A program made the position numbers and the translations under genes. The notes under the pieces were generated by a model. The model was given only the letters and a program-made list of their open reading frames with translations, had not been told where the DNA came from and ran no database searches. Shown here piece after piece: positions 55,493-64,000 of a DNA stretch of 64,000 nt. This DNA is from Candidatus Nomurabacteria bacterium GW2011_GWD2_36_14 (lineage in GTDB: Bacteria; Patescibacteriota; Minisyncoccia; Phycocordibacterales; UBA9973). Every line of letters begins with the position of its first letter. Positions within the stretch are counted from its first letter, which is position 1. The DNA is taken from the NCBI GenBank assembly GCA_000991405.1, contig LBRL01000001.1:315200-379199 (forward strand), written 5' to 3'.

Positions 55493-56902
55493 CTAATTCA
55501 TCCTCTCTTTTATATAGTCCACAATATCTTCTTTTTTAATTCTCTCTTGCTGGCCTGTATCACGGTCACGAATAGTTACAGAATCATCGGACAAAGTATC
55601 AAAGTCTATAACAATACACCAAGGTGTACCTATCTCATCTTGTCTTCGGTATCGCTTGCCTATGTTACCATTATCGTCCCAGACCACCCAGCCAAATTCT
55701 TTCTTTAGTTCTCCATATACACTTTTAGCATAAGTTACAAGCTCTGGTTTATTCTTGAGTAGTGGTGATACACAAGCTTTATAAGGAGCAACAGATGGAG
55801 GTAATTTTAGGTAAACTCTCACATTATTTCCTTCGCCACTTGCCCCGTCGGAAGTACTCTTTCCTTCGGGGTCTTCTCTATAACATGAACACAATGTTGC
55901 AAGTATAGCTCTGTCTACACTGATAGTAGGCTCAATAACGTGAGGAATAAATTTCTCGCCGGTAGCTTCGTCCATCATCCACATAGATTCACCCGAGAAT
56001 TCCTGATGCCTCTTCAGATCAAAGTCTCCTCTATGAGAGAGCCCTGTTAGTTCCTTTGTTCCAAAGGGATATTCAAATTCTAAGTCAACAGTCTTGCGAC
56101 TATAGTGGGCACGAGCAGTCTCAGGATGTTCTAGAGGATGAAGCTTGGCTGTATCAACTCCAATCTTGGAAAGCCATTCCTTTTGTTCTAACAAGAAGTT
56201 GTCAAAGTAAGCCTCCCAAGGAGAAGTCGGGTGTATAAAATATTCAAATTCCATTATTTCAAATTCGCGTAGTCTATAAATAAAGTCACGAGGTGTAATC
56301 TCATTCCTAAATGCCTTCCCTATCTGCGCGATACCAAAAGGAATTTTGGGCGATAAAGATTGCAAAACATTTTTAAAGTTTACAAACATACTCTGAGCTT
56401 CTTCTGGGCGCAAGAAAGTATGGACGGATGTTTCTTCAACTGCACCCATCTTTGTCTCGAGCATAAGATTGAACTTACGAACATCGGAATACTTATTTCC
56501 ATCTGGACTCTTTAGTTCTAACTCTTTTATTTTCTGATCCATCTCTTCTACTGTAAGCTTCTCAGCATTTACTCCAGCATCTTCGAGAATATGGTCAGCA
56601 CGATACCTTTTCTTGGTTACTAAATCATCTACCAAAGGATCTATGAATTCACTTGTGTGTCCTGAAGCATCCCAAACTCTTGGGTGCATAAGTATAGGGG
56701 TGTCTATAAGATAAATATTTTCTCTATTCTTAACAAAGTATTCAATCCAAGAATCCTCAATGTTCTTTTTCAAAAGAGAACCTAAGGGTCCATAATCGAA
56801 AGTTCCAGCCAGTCCTCCATAAATCTCAGACCCCGGATATACAAATCCCCTTCTTTTACAAAGTGATATAATCTTTTCCATTAATTTTTCGTCTTTTTCC
56901 AT
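55493..56902 (-). CDS. glyQS: Glycine--tRNA ligase (homodimeric alpha2 type)
   Basis: LCKRRGF, EIYGG, YGPLG, LRPE, IGKAFRNEITP, IGKRYRRQDEIGTP. Confidence 0.96.
   Translation of the reverse strand: MEKDEKLMEKIISLCKRRGFVYPGSEIYGGLAGTFDYGPLGSLLKKNIEDSWIEYFVKNRENIYLIDTPILMHPRVWDASGHTSEFIDPLVDDLVTKKRYRADHILEDAGVNAEKLTVEEMDQKIKELELKSPDGNKYSDVRKFNLMLETKMGAVEETSVHTFLRPEEAQSMFVNFKNVLQSLSPKIPFGIAQIGKAFRNEITPRDFIYRLREFEIMEFEYFIHPTSPWEAYFDNFLLEQKEWLSKIGVDTAKLHPLEHPETARAHYSRKTVDLEFEYPFGTKELTGLSHRGDFDLKRHQEFSGESMWMMDEATGEKFIPHVIEPTISVDRAILATLCSCYREDPEGKSTSDGASGEGNNVRVYLKLPPSVAPYKACVSPLLKNKPELVTYAKSVYGELKKEFGWVVWDDNGNIGKRYRRQDEIGTPWCIVIDFDTLSDDSVTIRDRDTGQQERIKKEDIVDYIKERMN
55841..55873. repeat. 33-bp hairpin element in frame in glyQS
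   Basis: TGCCCCGTCGGAAGTACTCTTTCCTTCGGGGTC; 32/33 identical to 61357-61389 in ileS. Confidence 0.9.
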
Positions 56903-56904
56903 AT

Positions 56905-58773
56905 TTAATTTATAACACGTTCCTGCCCTGATTGAAAGCTTGGGTCGCCAGTCAAGAAAGTGTTAATCGGGCCTCTCTTACTGCTAATACTTGTACCAGT
57001 AAATGCATCCGTCCCAGTCAAGAACAAATCCTTCATAAGTTGAGGTACACTTCCGACTTGAGAAAGCGATGGAGTAAGAGCAATAGTGAACGTCGCTTCA
57101 CGATTCAAGCTTCCTCCTGTATTTGCTTTGACAGATCCAATATTCCAAATGACTTCACGTGTTGATTCATTGTAGGAAATATTCTCACGTGGAGATACAG
57201 GAGCCACCCACTTCACATATACAGGTATCGAGGCTCTTGCGACAGCACCACTCACAGCATTGGTAGAGTTCGAAAGAGTCCAAGTTACATTGTACTGTGT
57301 TTCTTTCTCAGCCTTGGGAGGTAGAGCTCCACTCTTAAACGTGGCCGAAGAGGCTATCTGGAAGTCAGATAAGACCTTCACAATCTTCTTTGAGAAATTG
57401 TTCACATCTGTATAAGTAGAACCGAGTGATGGTTGCTTGCCTTTTATACTTACATCGAAAGTCATCTGTGGGTCTTTCACAACATTCTGTCCTCCAATCA
57501 ATGACAAGGATTTAAGACTGAAGCTGACTTCCCCCTTCTCTCCCGGCTCAATATCTGACAATGTCCACACAGAATTCTTGTCCCACACGATACGATTATT
57601 GAAAGAGTCATAGAATCCTTCTTGTGAATTAATAGATGACCTGTCTACGACGTTACCTCCAATATTTGCAATAATCTCTCCGTCTGTAATCCTGTTGGGT
57701 AAATTGTTGGCCCATGCAATTCGTACGTTGATGGTCTCTCCTGCAGAAGTTGTATCGGCGACTAGGATATTGGCTTCAATGAAAGGCTTCACTATAGTCA
57801 CACTATGTAGGATAGAACTATATACCACATCAACAGTAGATCTATCGGTGGGTCTGGTCGTCCCTGCATACACGTGGAAGACTTGCTGGTCTTGATCTAG
57901 TCCTATGATTCTACCTTTTACCACCACCGAGACTGGGTTCGTCAGACTAAGAGCACTCAAGCTCCAAATAGAATTACCGAAAGTTGGAGCAGGCACTGCA
58001 CTTTCATAAATAAAATTATTGGGGTAAGTTAATTGCATTACAGTATCACCATTAGGTAATGCCGTATTCAAAGTTGCCTTAACTGTAAACATTACTGGTT
58101 GATCTGAAGTCACAGTATCTGGAGCTTCTATAGACAGAGTTAGGGGGGATAAGCTTATATTGACTCCATAATTTATTTCCTTTGTGAAGATGGCATTGGA
58201 ACCTTCGGGGTGATAGTCAAGCTTGATATTTACATTGCGATCTGTCTTCTCATCTCCATACAAAATAACTTTTATATCTTTGGTGATAGTCTCACCCGGC
58301 TTGATAGTCCCTATATCTATACGTGGTAATCTGGTCACGTCAGCTACATTGTCGCTAGCTCCGCTAGGGTAAGATATTTGTAGATTTGCAAGTACAAGGT
58401 TCGTCTTGTTGCGGTTCACTATTTCTACTTGCAAAGGAAGCTCCTCCCCTCCTTTAGTAAAGGCACTACCGGCAACTTTGATATCTATATTGTCGCTTGA
58501 GACAGAAGTCCCTCCTGTATAAAATTTATACGAAGCAACCCCCACTGCTATCACAAAGAAGATGATGGCAAAAATAAAGAACTTTTTAAAAATAGATGTC
58601 TTAGGTTTTTTCATTACGTTCATAGAGTTAGTAAATTCTTCATTCTTCCATTCTTGATCTACCTTATGTTCTATCGGGTGAAGTATGCCTTCCTTAGATC
58701 TGTGAGTCACAGTATCTCTTGGCTCATAAAGGCGACGCTTAATATCTTCAATTTTATTTTCATTTTCTTGCAT
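56905..58773 (-). CDS. Membrane-anchored protein with tandem Ig-like beta-sandwich domains
   Basis: Single TM near N-terminus; IGTIKPGET, IEPGEKGEVSF, WNIGSV repeats (DUF11-like). Confidence 0.7.
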   Translation of the reverse strand: MQENENKIEDIKRRLYEPRDTVTHRSKEGILHPIEHKVDQEWKNEEFTNSMNVMKKPKTSIFKKFFIFAIIFFVIAVGVASYKFYTGGTSVSSDNIDIKVAGSAFTKGGEELPLQVEIVNRNKTNLVLANLQISYPSGASDNVADVTRLPRIDIGTIKPGETITKDIKVILYGDEKTDRNVNIKLDYHPEGSNAIFTKEINYGVNISLSPLTLSIEAPDTVTSDQPVMFTVKATLNTALPNGDTVMQLTYPNNFIYESAVPAPTFGNSIWSLSALSLTNPVSVVVKGRIIGLDQDQQVFHVYAGTTRPTDRSTVDVVYSSILHSVTIVKPFIEANILVADTTSAGETINVRIAWANNLPNRITDGEIIANIGGNVVDRSSINSQEGFYDSFNNRIVWDKNSVWTLSDIEPGEKGEVSFSLKSLSLIGGQNVVKDPQMTFDVSIKGKQPSLGSTYTDVNNFSKKIVKVLSDFQIASSATFKSGALPPKAEKETQYNVTWTLSNSTNAVSGAVARASIPVYVKWVAPVSPRENISYNESTREVIWNIGSVKANTGGSLNREATFTIALTPSLSQVGSVPQLMKDLFLTGTDAFTGTSISSKRGPINTFLTGDPSFQSGQERVIN

Positions 58774-58797
58774 GTCTATTATTATATCATAATTAAT

Positions 58798-59382
58798 TTA
58801 AAGTTGACTCTCGTTCAGAGCTTTATTGATATGAGAGATTATAGACCTTTTCTCTCGAAGCAAGGTTTCCGTCTGACTCAAGTCTATCTTCCCTCCGAGG
58901 TAGTCGGTGAGCATGAGCGAGTCCCCGATATAACCCAGTGCATTCATAATACGAAGCACCAGATGAAGCTCAAGTGCCTCACGAGAAGATGCAGATACAT
59001 TCATGTCATCGAGCAAGAACAGGACTTGTATAAAGTCATCAAATATCTTCTCATTGGATTCTTCTCCATCGCAAAGTCTTTCAAGAAGTTTACTTATTCG
59101 AGCAATCATTAGAAGCGATCTCTTAGAAGAGCGAGCGAAAGGAAAGGTGGAAATATTTGAAGCTGTTGTTATCCGCCATATATCCTTGCCTCTGACGAAG
59201 TCAATATGAGAATACGACAAGTCCTGCAGAGAGAATCGAAGTTTTGACTTATGAAGTCTTATGCCTTGCACCATCGCCCGCACCAAGCCCATCTCACGTG
59301 TATAAACCGTCAGCATCTTATTCGCCTCACCTTTATTGTGAGAACTTAGTACAAATCCATGTGTGTGATAAATATGATGCAT
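58798..59382 (-). CDS. recO: DNA repair protein RecO
   Basis: THGFVLS..GEANK..VYTREMGLV.A..QGIR..KSKL. Confidence 0.88.
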   Translation of the reverse strand: MHHIYHTHGFVLSSHNKGEANKMLTVYTREMGLVRAMVQGIRLHKSKLRFSLQDLSYSHIDFVRGKDIWRITTASNISTFPFARSSKRSLLMIARISKLLERLCDGEESNEKIFDDFIQVLFLLDDMNVSASSREALELHLVLRIMNALGYIGDSLMLTDYLGGKIDLSQTETLLREKRSIISHINKALNESQL

Positions 59383-60020
59383 TATATTTCTTCTTCTTTG
59401 CCTATTTCTAATTTCCTAAAAAGAATATCATCTTCTTTTAAAATTGTTTCTGGAATTCTCCATGCTGAAGTTGAGAAGTCCTGCAATATCGCATCATGCA
59501 CTCCGAAGCAAATCCTGGGTCTAATATGCTTTGCGTATTCTATCGCTTCAGATAGTTTCATCCATGGACCTGCTACAGGGAGAGCAAGTATATCCACGTC
59601 TACATCTGGGTAACTGAAAGAGTCTCCTGCATAGCAGAGATTATCTATCATGTAGCCAGTATTTTGAACTCTTCCGAAATCTTCATATATCTGTGCATGG
59701 ATATTACCAAAACCAGAGATAATAATTCCTTCCAATTCATACTTTTCTCCTTCTTCTACTTTTATATATGGTATACCATTTTGATCTAGAATATTTCCGA
59801 CAGAAGTATTGGTTATCACAACAGCACTTGGATTGTTTTTCAAAACATCCTTCAGAGAATCCACATGCAAATGGTCTTGGTGTTCGTGTGTAATCAGAAT
59901 CGCATTTATATTGGTTTCTCCAACTTGGAGTATCGAATAAGCCCCAGGATCGGTCATAATTCTGACCCCCTCTTTAGGTTCCACTACGAAACAGCAATGC
60001 CCAAGTTTCTTAATCTTCAT
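59382..60020 (-). CDS. MBL-fold metallo-hydrolase
   Basis: LGHCCF, TDPG, ITHEHQDH, AGDS, GVHD. Confidence 0.9.
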   Translation of the reverse strand: MKIKKLGHCCFVVEPKEGVRIMTDPGAYSILQVGETNINAILITHEHQDHLHVDSLKDVLKNNPSAVVITNTSVGNILDQNGIPYIKVEEGEKYELEGIIISGFGNIHAQIYEDFGRVQNTGYMIDNLCYAGDSFSYPDVDVDILALPVAGPWMKLSEAIEYAKHIRPRICFGVHDAILQDFSTSAWRIPETILKEDDILFRKLEIGKEEEI

Positions 60021-60024
60021 CTTT

Positions 60025-63000
60025 CTATTTTACCAAATTTACAACAAATACTAAACCATCAATTTTTATTTCCCTAAATGCTTCAGTAGAAGCATCGGGC
60101 GATCCAATTTCATTGGATTTAGCCTCACCAGAATTATCCTTAAATTGTAAGTCTTTTGCACCGACAGCTTTCAGAAGCTCGTTTTTCCATTTGTTTATGA
60201 GTTCTTGTCCATCTACAGAAGTTTCAATTTCAAGAGCTATTATATCGTTTGGATTAAGTCCTGCTTTCTTTCTCATATCCTGAATAGCACGGACAAGCTC
60301 ACGGTAGTTCCCTTCTTGTTTTAACTCTTCTGTAATATTAGTATCTAGTTCAACTTTTAATTCTTCGCCTTTTATAAATTCTATTTTTTTAATATTTAAT
60401 TCGTCTTTTAAAATTTCAATATACTCATTACCTAATTTATAATCTACTTGAATATTATTTGATTCATTATTTAATAAATATGTAACTAACAATTTATTGA
60501 GTGGCTGACGAACAGGAATATTATTCTTTTGACGTTGTTGTAATCCAAGAGTTACAATTTCTCGTGTTGTTTCCATATTTATACGAACTTCTGAATGCCA
60601 AAATTCTCTTTTTGATTCTGGCCATTCTACAAGATGCACACTTTCTTTATCCTCTTCATTCTTTAATTTCTGCCAAATATCTTCAGAAGCAAACGGTGCA
60701 AATGGAGCCATAAGTGTCACCAATGTTTTTAATACATAATACAATGTTTGTTTAGCCTCAACATCCCCATCCTTAAGTCTTTCACGGCTTCGACGAACAT
60801 ACCAAGTAGATAAGTCATCCATAAAGTCGCGAATTGCTCGAACGGGTTCTAGAAGTTTATAATTTTCCATATTTTTAGTAATCGTATCTGTAAGCTCTGA
60901 CAGACGAGCAATAATCCACTTGTCCAAAGTGTTTCCTGACTCAATTTTAGTAGTTGAACTACTAAAATTTTTCTCTAGGCTTTTATCTCGATAAAGCTCG
61001 TAAAAAGCTAAAACGTTATATAGCAAATTAAAAACTTTACTATGAAGTTCCGCTACTGTCTTCTCATCAAAACTTTTAGCTTCGCCAGGTTGATTGACTC
61101 CATACATCCAAAGACGAAGGGTATCTACTCCGTATTTATGCATCATCTCCCAAGGGTCTACAATGTTGCCAAGACTCTTACTCATCTTCTTTCCATTGGC
61201 ATCAAGAAGAAGCCCCAGACAAATCACATTCTTGTATGCCTTGCCCTTACCCATAAGTACACCCACAGCATGTAGTGTATAGAACCATCCACGAGTCTGA
61301 TCGAGTGCTTCTGATATAAAATCAGCAGGATATAAAATCTGTTGTTCTTTATTCCCTGCCCCGTTGGAAGTACTCTTTCCTTCGGGGTCAAATGGATAAT
61401 GGTCTTGTGAGAATGGCATTGTACCTGAGTCCAACCAGACATCCAGAACTTCTTTCTCTCTTTTTAAATTTCCTCCGCAACTACATACCAAGCTTATCTC
61501 ATCTATAAAAGGCTTATGTAGATCAAGCTCATAATTCTCATTATGAGGAAGAGCTACAAAGTTCAATTCTCTTATCTCAGCATTTCTCAAGTATGGAGGA
61601 AAGTTTTCGTCAGTCGGTAATGTCTCGTAAGAGAAGCCTTGCACCACATGACACAGTGCACTAGTCTCCCCAGCATGACCTATGAGAAGAATATTCTTAC
61701 CAGAGTATTGGCTATCTATTTCATAAATCATTTTCCCTACTCGATTAATAACTTGCGAATAACTCTCTCCGTTTGGCATCGCTTCAAATGGATGCTCCTT
61801 ATACTGATTGCAATAAAATTCTTCGAAAGCTTCTCGCGACTTTCCTTGATAATCCGAACTTACATCCCATTCTTTCTCAAGATCGTTATAAATAACTTTA
61901 TCCAGTGGATAGCCAATCTGCTCACAAAGAATTTTTGTTGTTTCTCTAGCTCTCTCTAGAGGGGATGCTATGATGACATCAATTTTCTCTTTAAAATTTT
62001 TAGAACTTTCTATTACTTGCTCTACCCCAAATTTTGTAAGTTTGCAATTATTAGCTTCTTCATCATTCATTACAGTCTCGCTAACATTACATTCTGCCTG
62101 TCCATGACGCATGACCCAGTACTTGTTCCCTGACTTTTTAACTTTTGACTTTAAACTTTCTAAACTACCTACAACTTCCCTATTATTACATTCCGCACAA
62201 GTCCAAATAGGTAAAGGTGTACCCCAATAACGCTCACGAGAGATAGCCCAATCCTTTATGTCTTTCAACCATTCACCGAAACGCCCTTCTTTAATATATG
62301 AAGGCTCCCAATTTATACTTTTATTTTCTTCTATCAACTGATTTTTAATTTTCGGATCTGACATCTTGATATACCAAGAATCACGAGCATAGTATATAAG
62401 TGCCGTCTTACAACGCCAGCAGTGTGGGTATGAGTGCTCATACTTTTCTTTCTTAAACAGAAGTCCTCGGTGTGCTAAATCTTTTATAATATCTACAGCC
62501 ACCTCCTCGTCGCGAACAAATCGCCCTTCAAGAAAGTCTGTACCTGCTAAATACTTTCCATCAAGTCCTACCATGTGATGCTTCGGTAAGCCTACTTCAT
62601 TACCCAAAGCAAAGTCATCTTGCCCATACATGACAGCCGTATGCACAACTCCTGTACCATCTTCTGTAGTTACAAAATCCGCCGAGTAAACCTTGAATGC
62701 TTTTTCAAGCTTGGGCTTCTCAGTATCTGAAATAGTATTTGAAAGATATGGATATAGAGGTTCGTATTCTAAGCGTGTAAGTATAATGTGTGGTATAGTC
62801 TCCCATGTTGAAAAATTATCCTGTTTATACTCAGAAAAAATTTTATTAGCTAATTCTTCTGCTAAAATATAAAATTCATTTCCAACTTTAACTTTAATAT
62901 ATTCAATATCTTTACCTATCGCTAGTGCTACGTTTCCAGGAAGAGTCCAAGGTGTCGTTGTCCAAGCAAGTATATAAGTATTATCCTGTCCTTTCACTTT

Positions 63001-63627
63001 AAATTTCGCATATACAGACAAATCTTTCACATCCATATACCCTTGAGCAAGTTCATGCGAGGAAAGAGTCGTACCACAACGAGGACACCAAGGCACAACC
63101 TTGTAGTCTTTATAAATCAATCCTTGTTTATCTGTTTCTTTTATAACATTCCAAACGGACTCAATATAATCATTGTGATAAGTCACGTAGGCATTCTTCT
63201 GGTCTACCCAGTAACCCATACGTTCAGTGAATTTCTCCCAGAGATCAACATACTCCCAGACACTTTCTTTGCATTCTTTATTGAACTTTGCAATTCCGTA
63301 TTCTTCAATAGCTTTCTTGGAAGTTAGTCCCAACTTCTTCTCAACTTGAAGTTCAACAGGAAGTCCATGAGTATCCCAGCCACCCTTACGACGCACATGA
63401 TATCCTCGCATAGTTTTATAACGAGGAATCACATCTTTGAAAGCACGAGCCTCCAAGTGGTGAATTCCCGGCTTGCCATTGGCAGTTGGAGGACCCTCGT
63501 AGAAAACATACTCACCCTTCGGAGCATCTTTCTCCAAGCTCTTTTCGAAAATTTTATTTTCTTTCCAGAATTTTAAAACTTCCTCTTCTCTTAAAGCTCC
63601 CGCTGATTTTTTGTTTTCTTCACTCAT
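60025..63627 (-). CDS. ileS: Isoleucine--tRNA ligase (type 2) with inserted histidine-phosphatase domain
   Basis: GPPTANG.PGIHH, GWDTHGLP, WTTTPWTLP, ISRERYWG, KMSKSLGN; insert with RHGQ, SPLERA, GH at about 61560-62130. Confidence 0.96.
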   Translation of the reverse strand: MSEENKKSAGALREEEVLKFWKENKIFEKSLEKDAPKGEYVFYEGPPTANGKPGIHHLEARAFKDVIPRYKTMRGYHVRRKGGWDTHGLPVELQVEKKLGLTSKKAIEEYGIAKFNKECKESVWEYVDLWEKFTERMGYWVDQKNAYVTYHNDYIESVWNVIKETDKQGLIYKDYKVVPWCPRCGTTLSSHELAQGYMDVKDLSVYAKFKVKGQDNTYILAWTTTPWTLPGNVALAIGKDIEYIKVKVGNEFYILAEELANKIFSEYKQDNFSTWETIPHIILTRLEYEPLYPYLSNTISDTEKPKLEKAFKVYSADFVTTEDGTGVVHTAVMYGQDDFALGNEVGLPKHHMVGLDGKYLAGTDFLEGRFVRDEEVAVDIIKDLAHRGLLFKKEKYEHSYPHCWRCKTALIYYARDSWYIKMSDPKIKNQLIEENKSINWEPSYIKEGRFGEWLKDIKDWAISRERYWGTPLPIWTCAECNNREVVGSLESLKSKVKKSGNKYWVMRHGQAECNVSETVMNDEEANNCKLTKFGVEQVIESSKNFKEKIDVIIASPLERARETTKILCEQIGYPLDKVIYNDLEKEWDVSSDYQGKSREAFEEFYCNQYKEHPFEAMPNGESYSQVINRVGKMIYEIDSQYSGKNILLIGHAGETSALCHVVQGFSYETLPTDENFPPYLRNAEIRELNFVALPHNENYELDLHKPFIDEISLVCSCGGNLKREKEVLDVWLDSGTMPFSQDHYPFDPEGKSTSNGAGNKEQQILYPADFISEALDQTRGWFYTLHAVGVLMGKGKAYKNVICLGLLLDANGKKMSKSLGNIVDPWEMMHKYGVDTLRLWMYGVNQPGEAKSFDEKTVAELHSKVFNLLYNVLAFYELYRDKSLEKNFSSSTTKIESGNTLDKWIIARLSELTDTITKNMENYKLLEPVRAIRDFMDDLSTWYVRRSRERLKDGDVEAKQTLYYVLKTLVTLMAPFAPFASEDIWQKLKNEEDKESVHLVEWPESKREFWHSEVRINMETTREIVTLGLQQRQKNNIPVRQPLNKLLVTYLLNNESNNIQVDYKLGNEYIEILKDELNIKKIEFIKGEELKVELDTNITEELKQEGNYRELVRAIQDMRKKAGLNPNDIIALEIETSVDGQELINKWKNELLKAVGAKDLQFKDNSGEAKSNEIGSPDASTEAFREIKIDGLVFVVNLVK
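60072..60124 (+). repeat. Double-hairpin element inserted in frame near the ileS C-terminus
   Basis: CCCTAA-ATGCTTC-AGTA-GAAGCAT-CGGGCGA-TCCAAT-TTC-ATTGGA-TTTAGCC. Confidence 0.8.
61357..61389. repeat. 33-bp hairpin element in frame in ileS
   Basis: TGCCCCGTTGGAAGTACTCTTTCCTTCGGGGTC; encodes DPEGKSTSNGA. Confidence 0.9.
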
Positions 63628-63710
63628 ATGTTTTTTATTAATTATCTATAATAATTTATTAATTTTCTCTTTCTACATATATACGCCCCTGCGTATATAT
63701 GTAATCTGTA

Positions 63711-63940
63711 TAAAAAAACTCGTCCACGTACAACAATTACAATAATTGCTATACAAGGACGAGCTTCTATGCTTTCGCATGTAGACCGTGGTACCACCTC
63801 GTTTTTTACCCGCCGAATTGCGCGGGACTTCTCATTTAAAGGGTTCTACTTGCTTTATAAATAAAGCTTTCTTCCCAATACTTGCCCCGTTAAATTTGTT
63901 CTTTATTTAACTGGGGCGAAGAGTGATATCTCTTCTTCGT
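63711..63940 (-). ncRNA. ileS T-box riboswitch with ultrashort Stem I
   Basis: T-box AGGTGGTACCACG (63787-63799); Stem I GAAGAG-AUAUCA-CUCUUC with AUC (Ile) in the loop (63918-63935); Stem II GGGAAGAA..AGUAGAACCC (63841-63876); terminator CUCGUCC..GGACGAG followed by a U run. Confidence 0.85.
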
Positions 63941-63948
63941 ATACTTAA

Positions 63949-63976
63949 ATAATAGCATTAAAATGATAATTTGCAA
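63949..63976 (-). promoter_or_regulatory. Promoter of the ileS leader
   Basis: TTGCAA-16-TATTAT with TG extension on the minus strand. Confidence 0.55.
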
Positions 63977-64000
63977 GAAAAATGATTTTGGTGTAATATC

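Overview
Window from a low-GC, reduced bacterial chromosome. Gene content (short IF-2, truncated RelA/SpoT, class-II-type GlyRS, type-2 IleRS with an inserted phosphatase domain, Cys-rich hypothetical, giant S74-chaperone fibre) suggests Patescibacteria/Parcubacteria (inference); genetic code 11. It holds mostly housekeeping genes (purL-Q-F-N, dnaX, dus, serS, dprA-topA-rel, parB, clpB, iscS, infB-rbfA, secG, rnj, rpsF-ssb-rpsR, metG, glyQS, recO, ileS), three tRNAs (Tyr, Cys, Leu) and two large surface proteins. The most interesting signals are non-coding. (1) tRNA-Cys and tRNA-Leu each carry a downstream element made of a shared scaffold hairpin, a segment antisense to that tRNA's own T-arm, a shared GTACCCGCG motif and a duplicated tRNA 3' end. 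LAGLIDADG-type genes overlap tRNA sequence at two loci. (2) Several families of short palindromic elements have conserved junctions or loops but variable stems, and sit in frame in dus, iscS, purN, tatD, glyQS, ileS and rpsR. (3) Heptamer tracts surround a four-helix-bundle gene inside the rpsF-ssb-rpsR operon. (4) ileS has a T-box with an ultrashort Stem I. (5) Many genes appear leaderless. All calls come from reading the sequence by eye; no searches were run.
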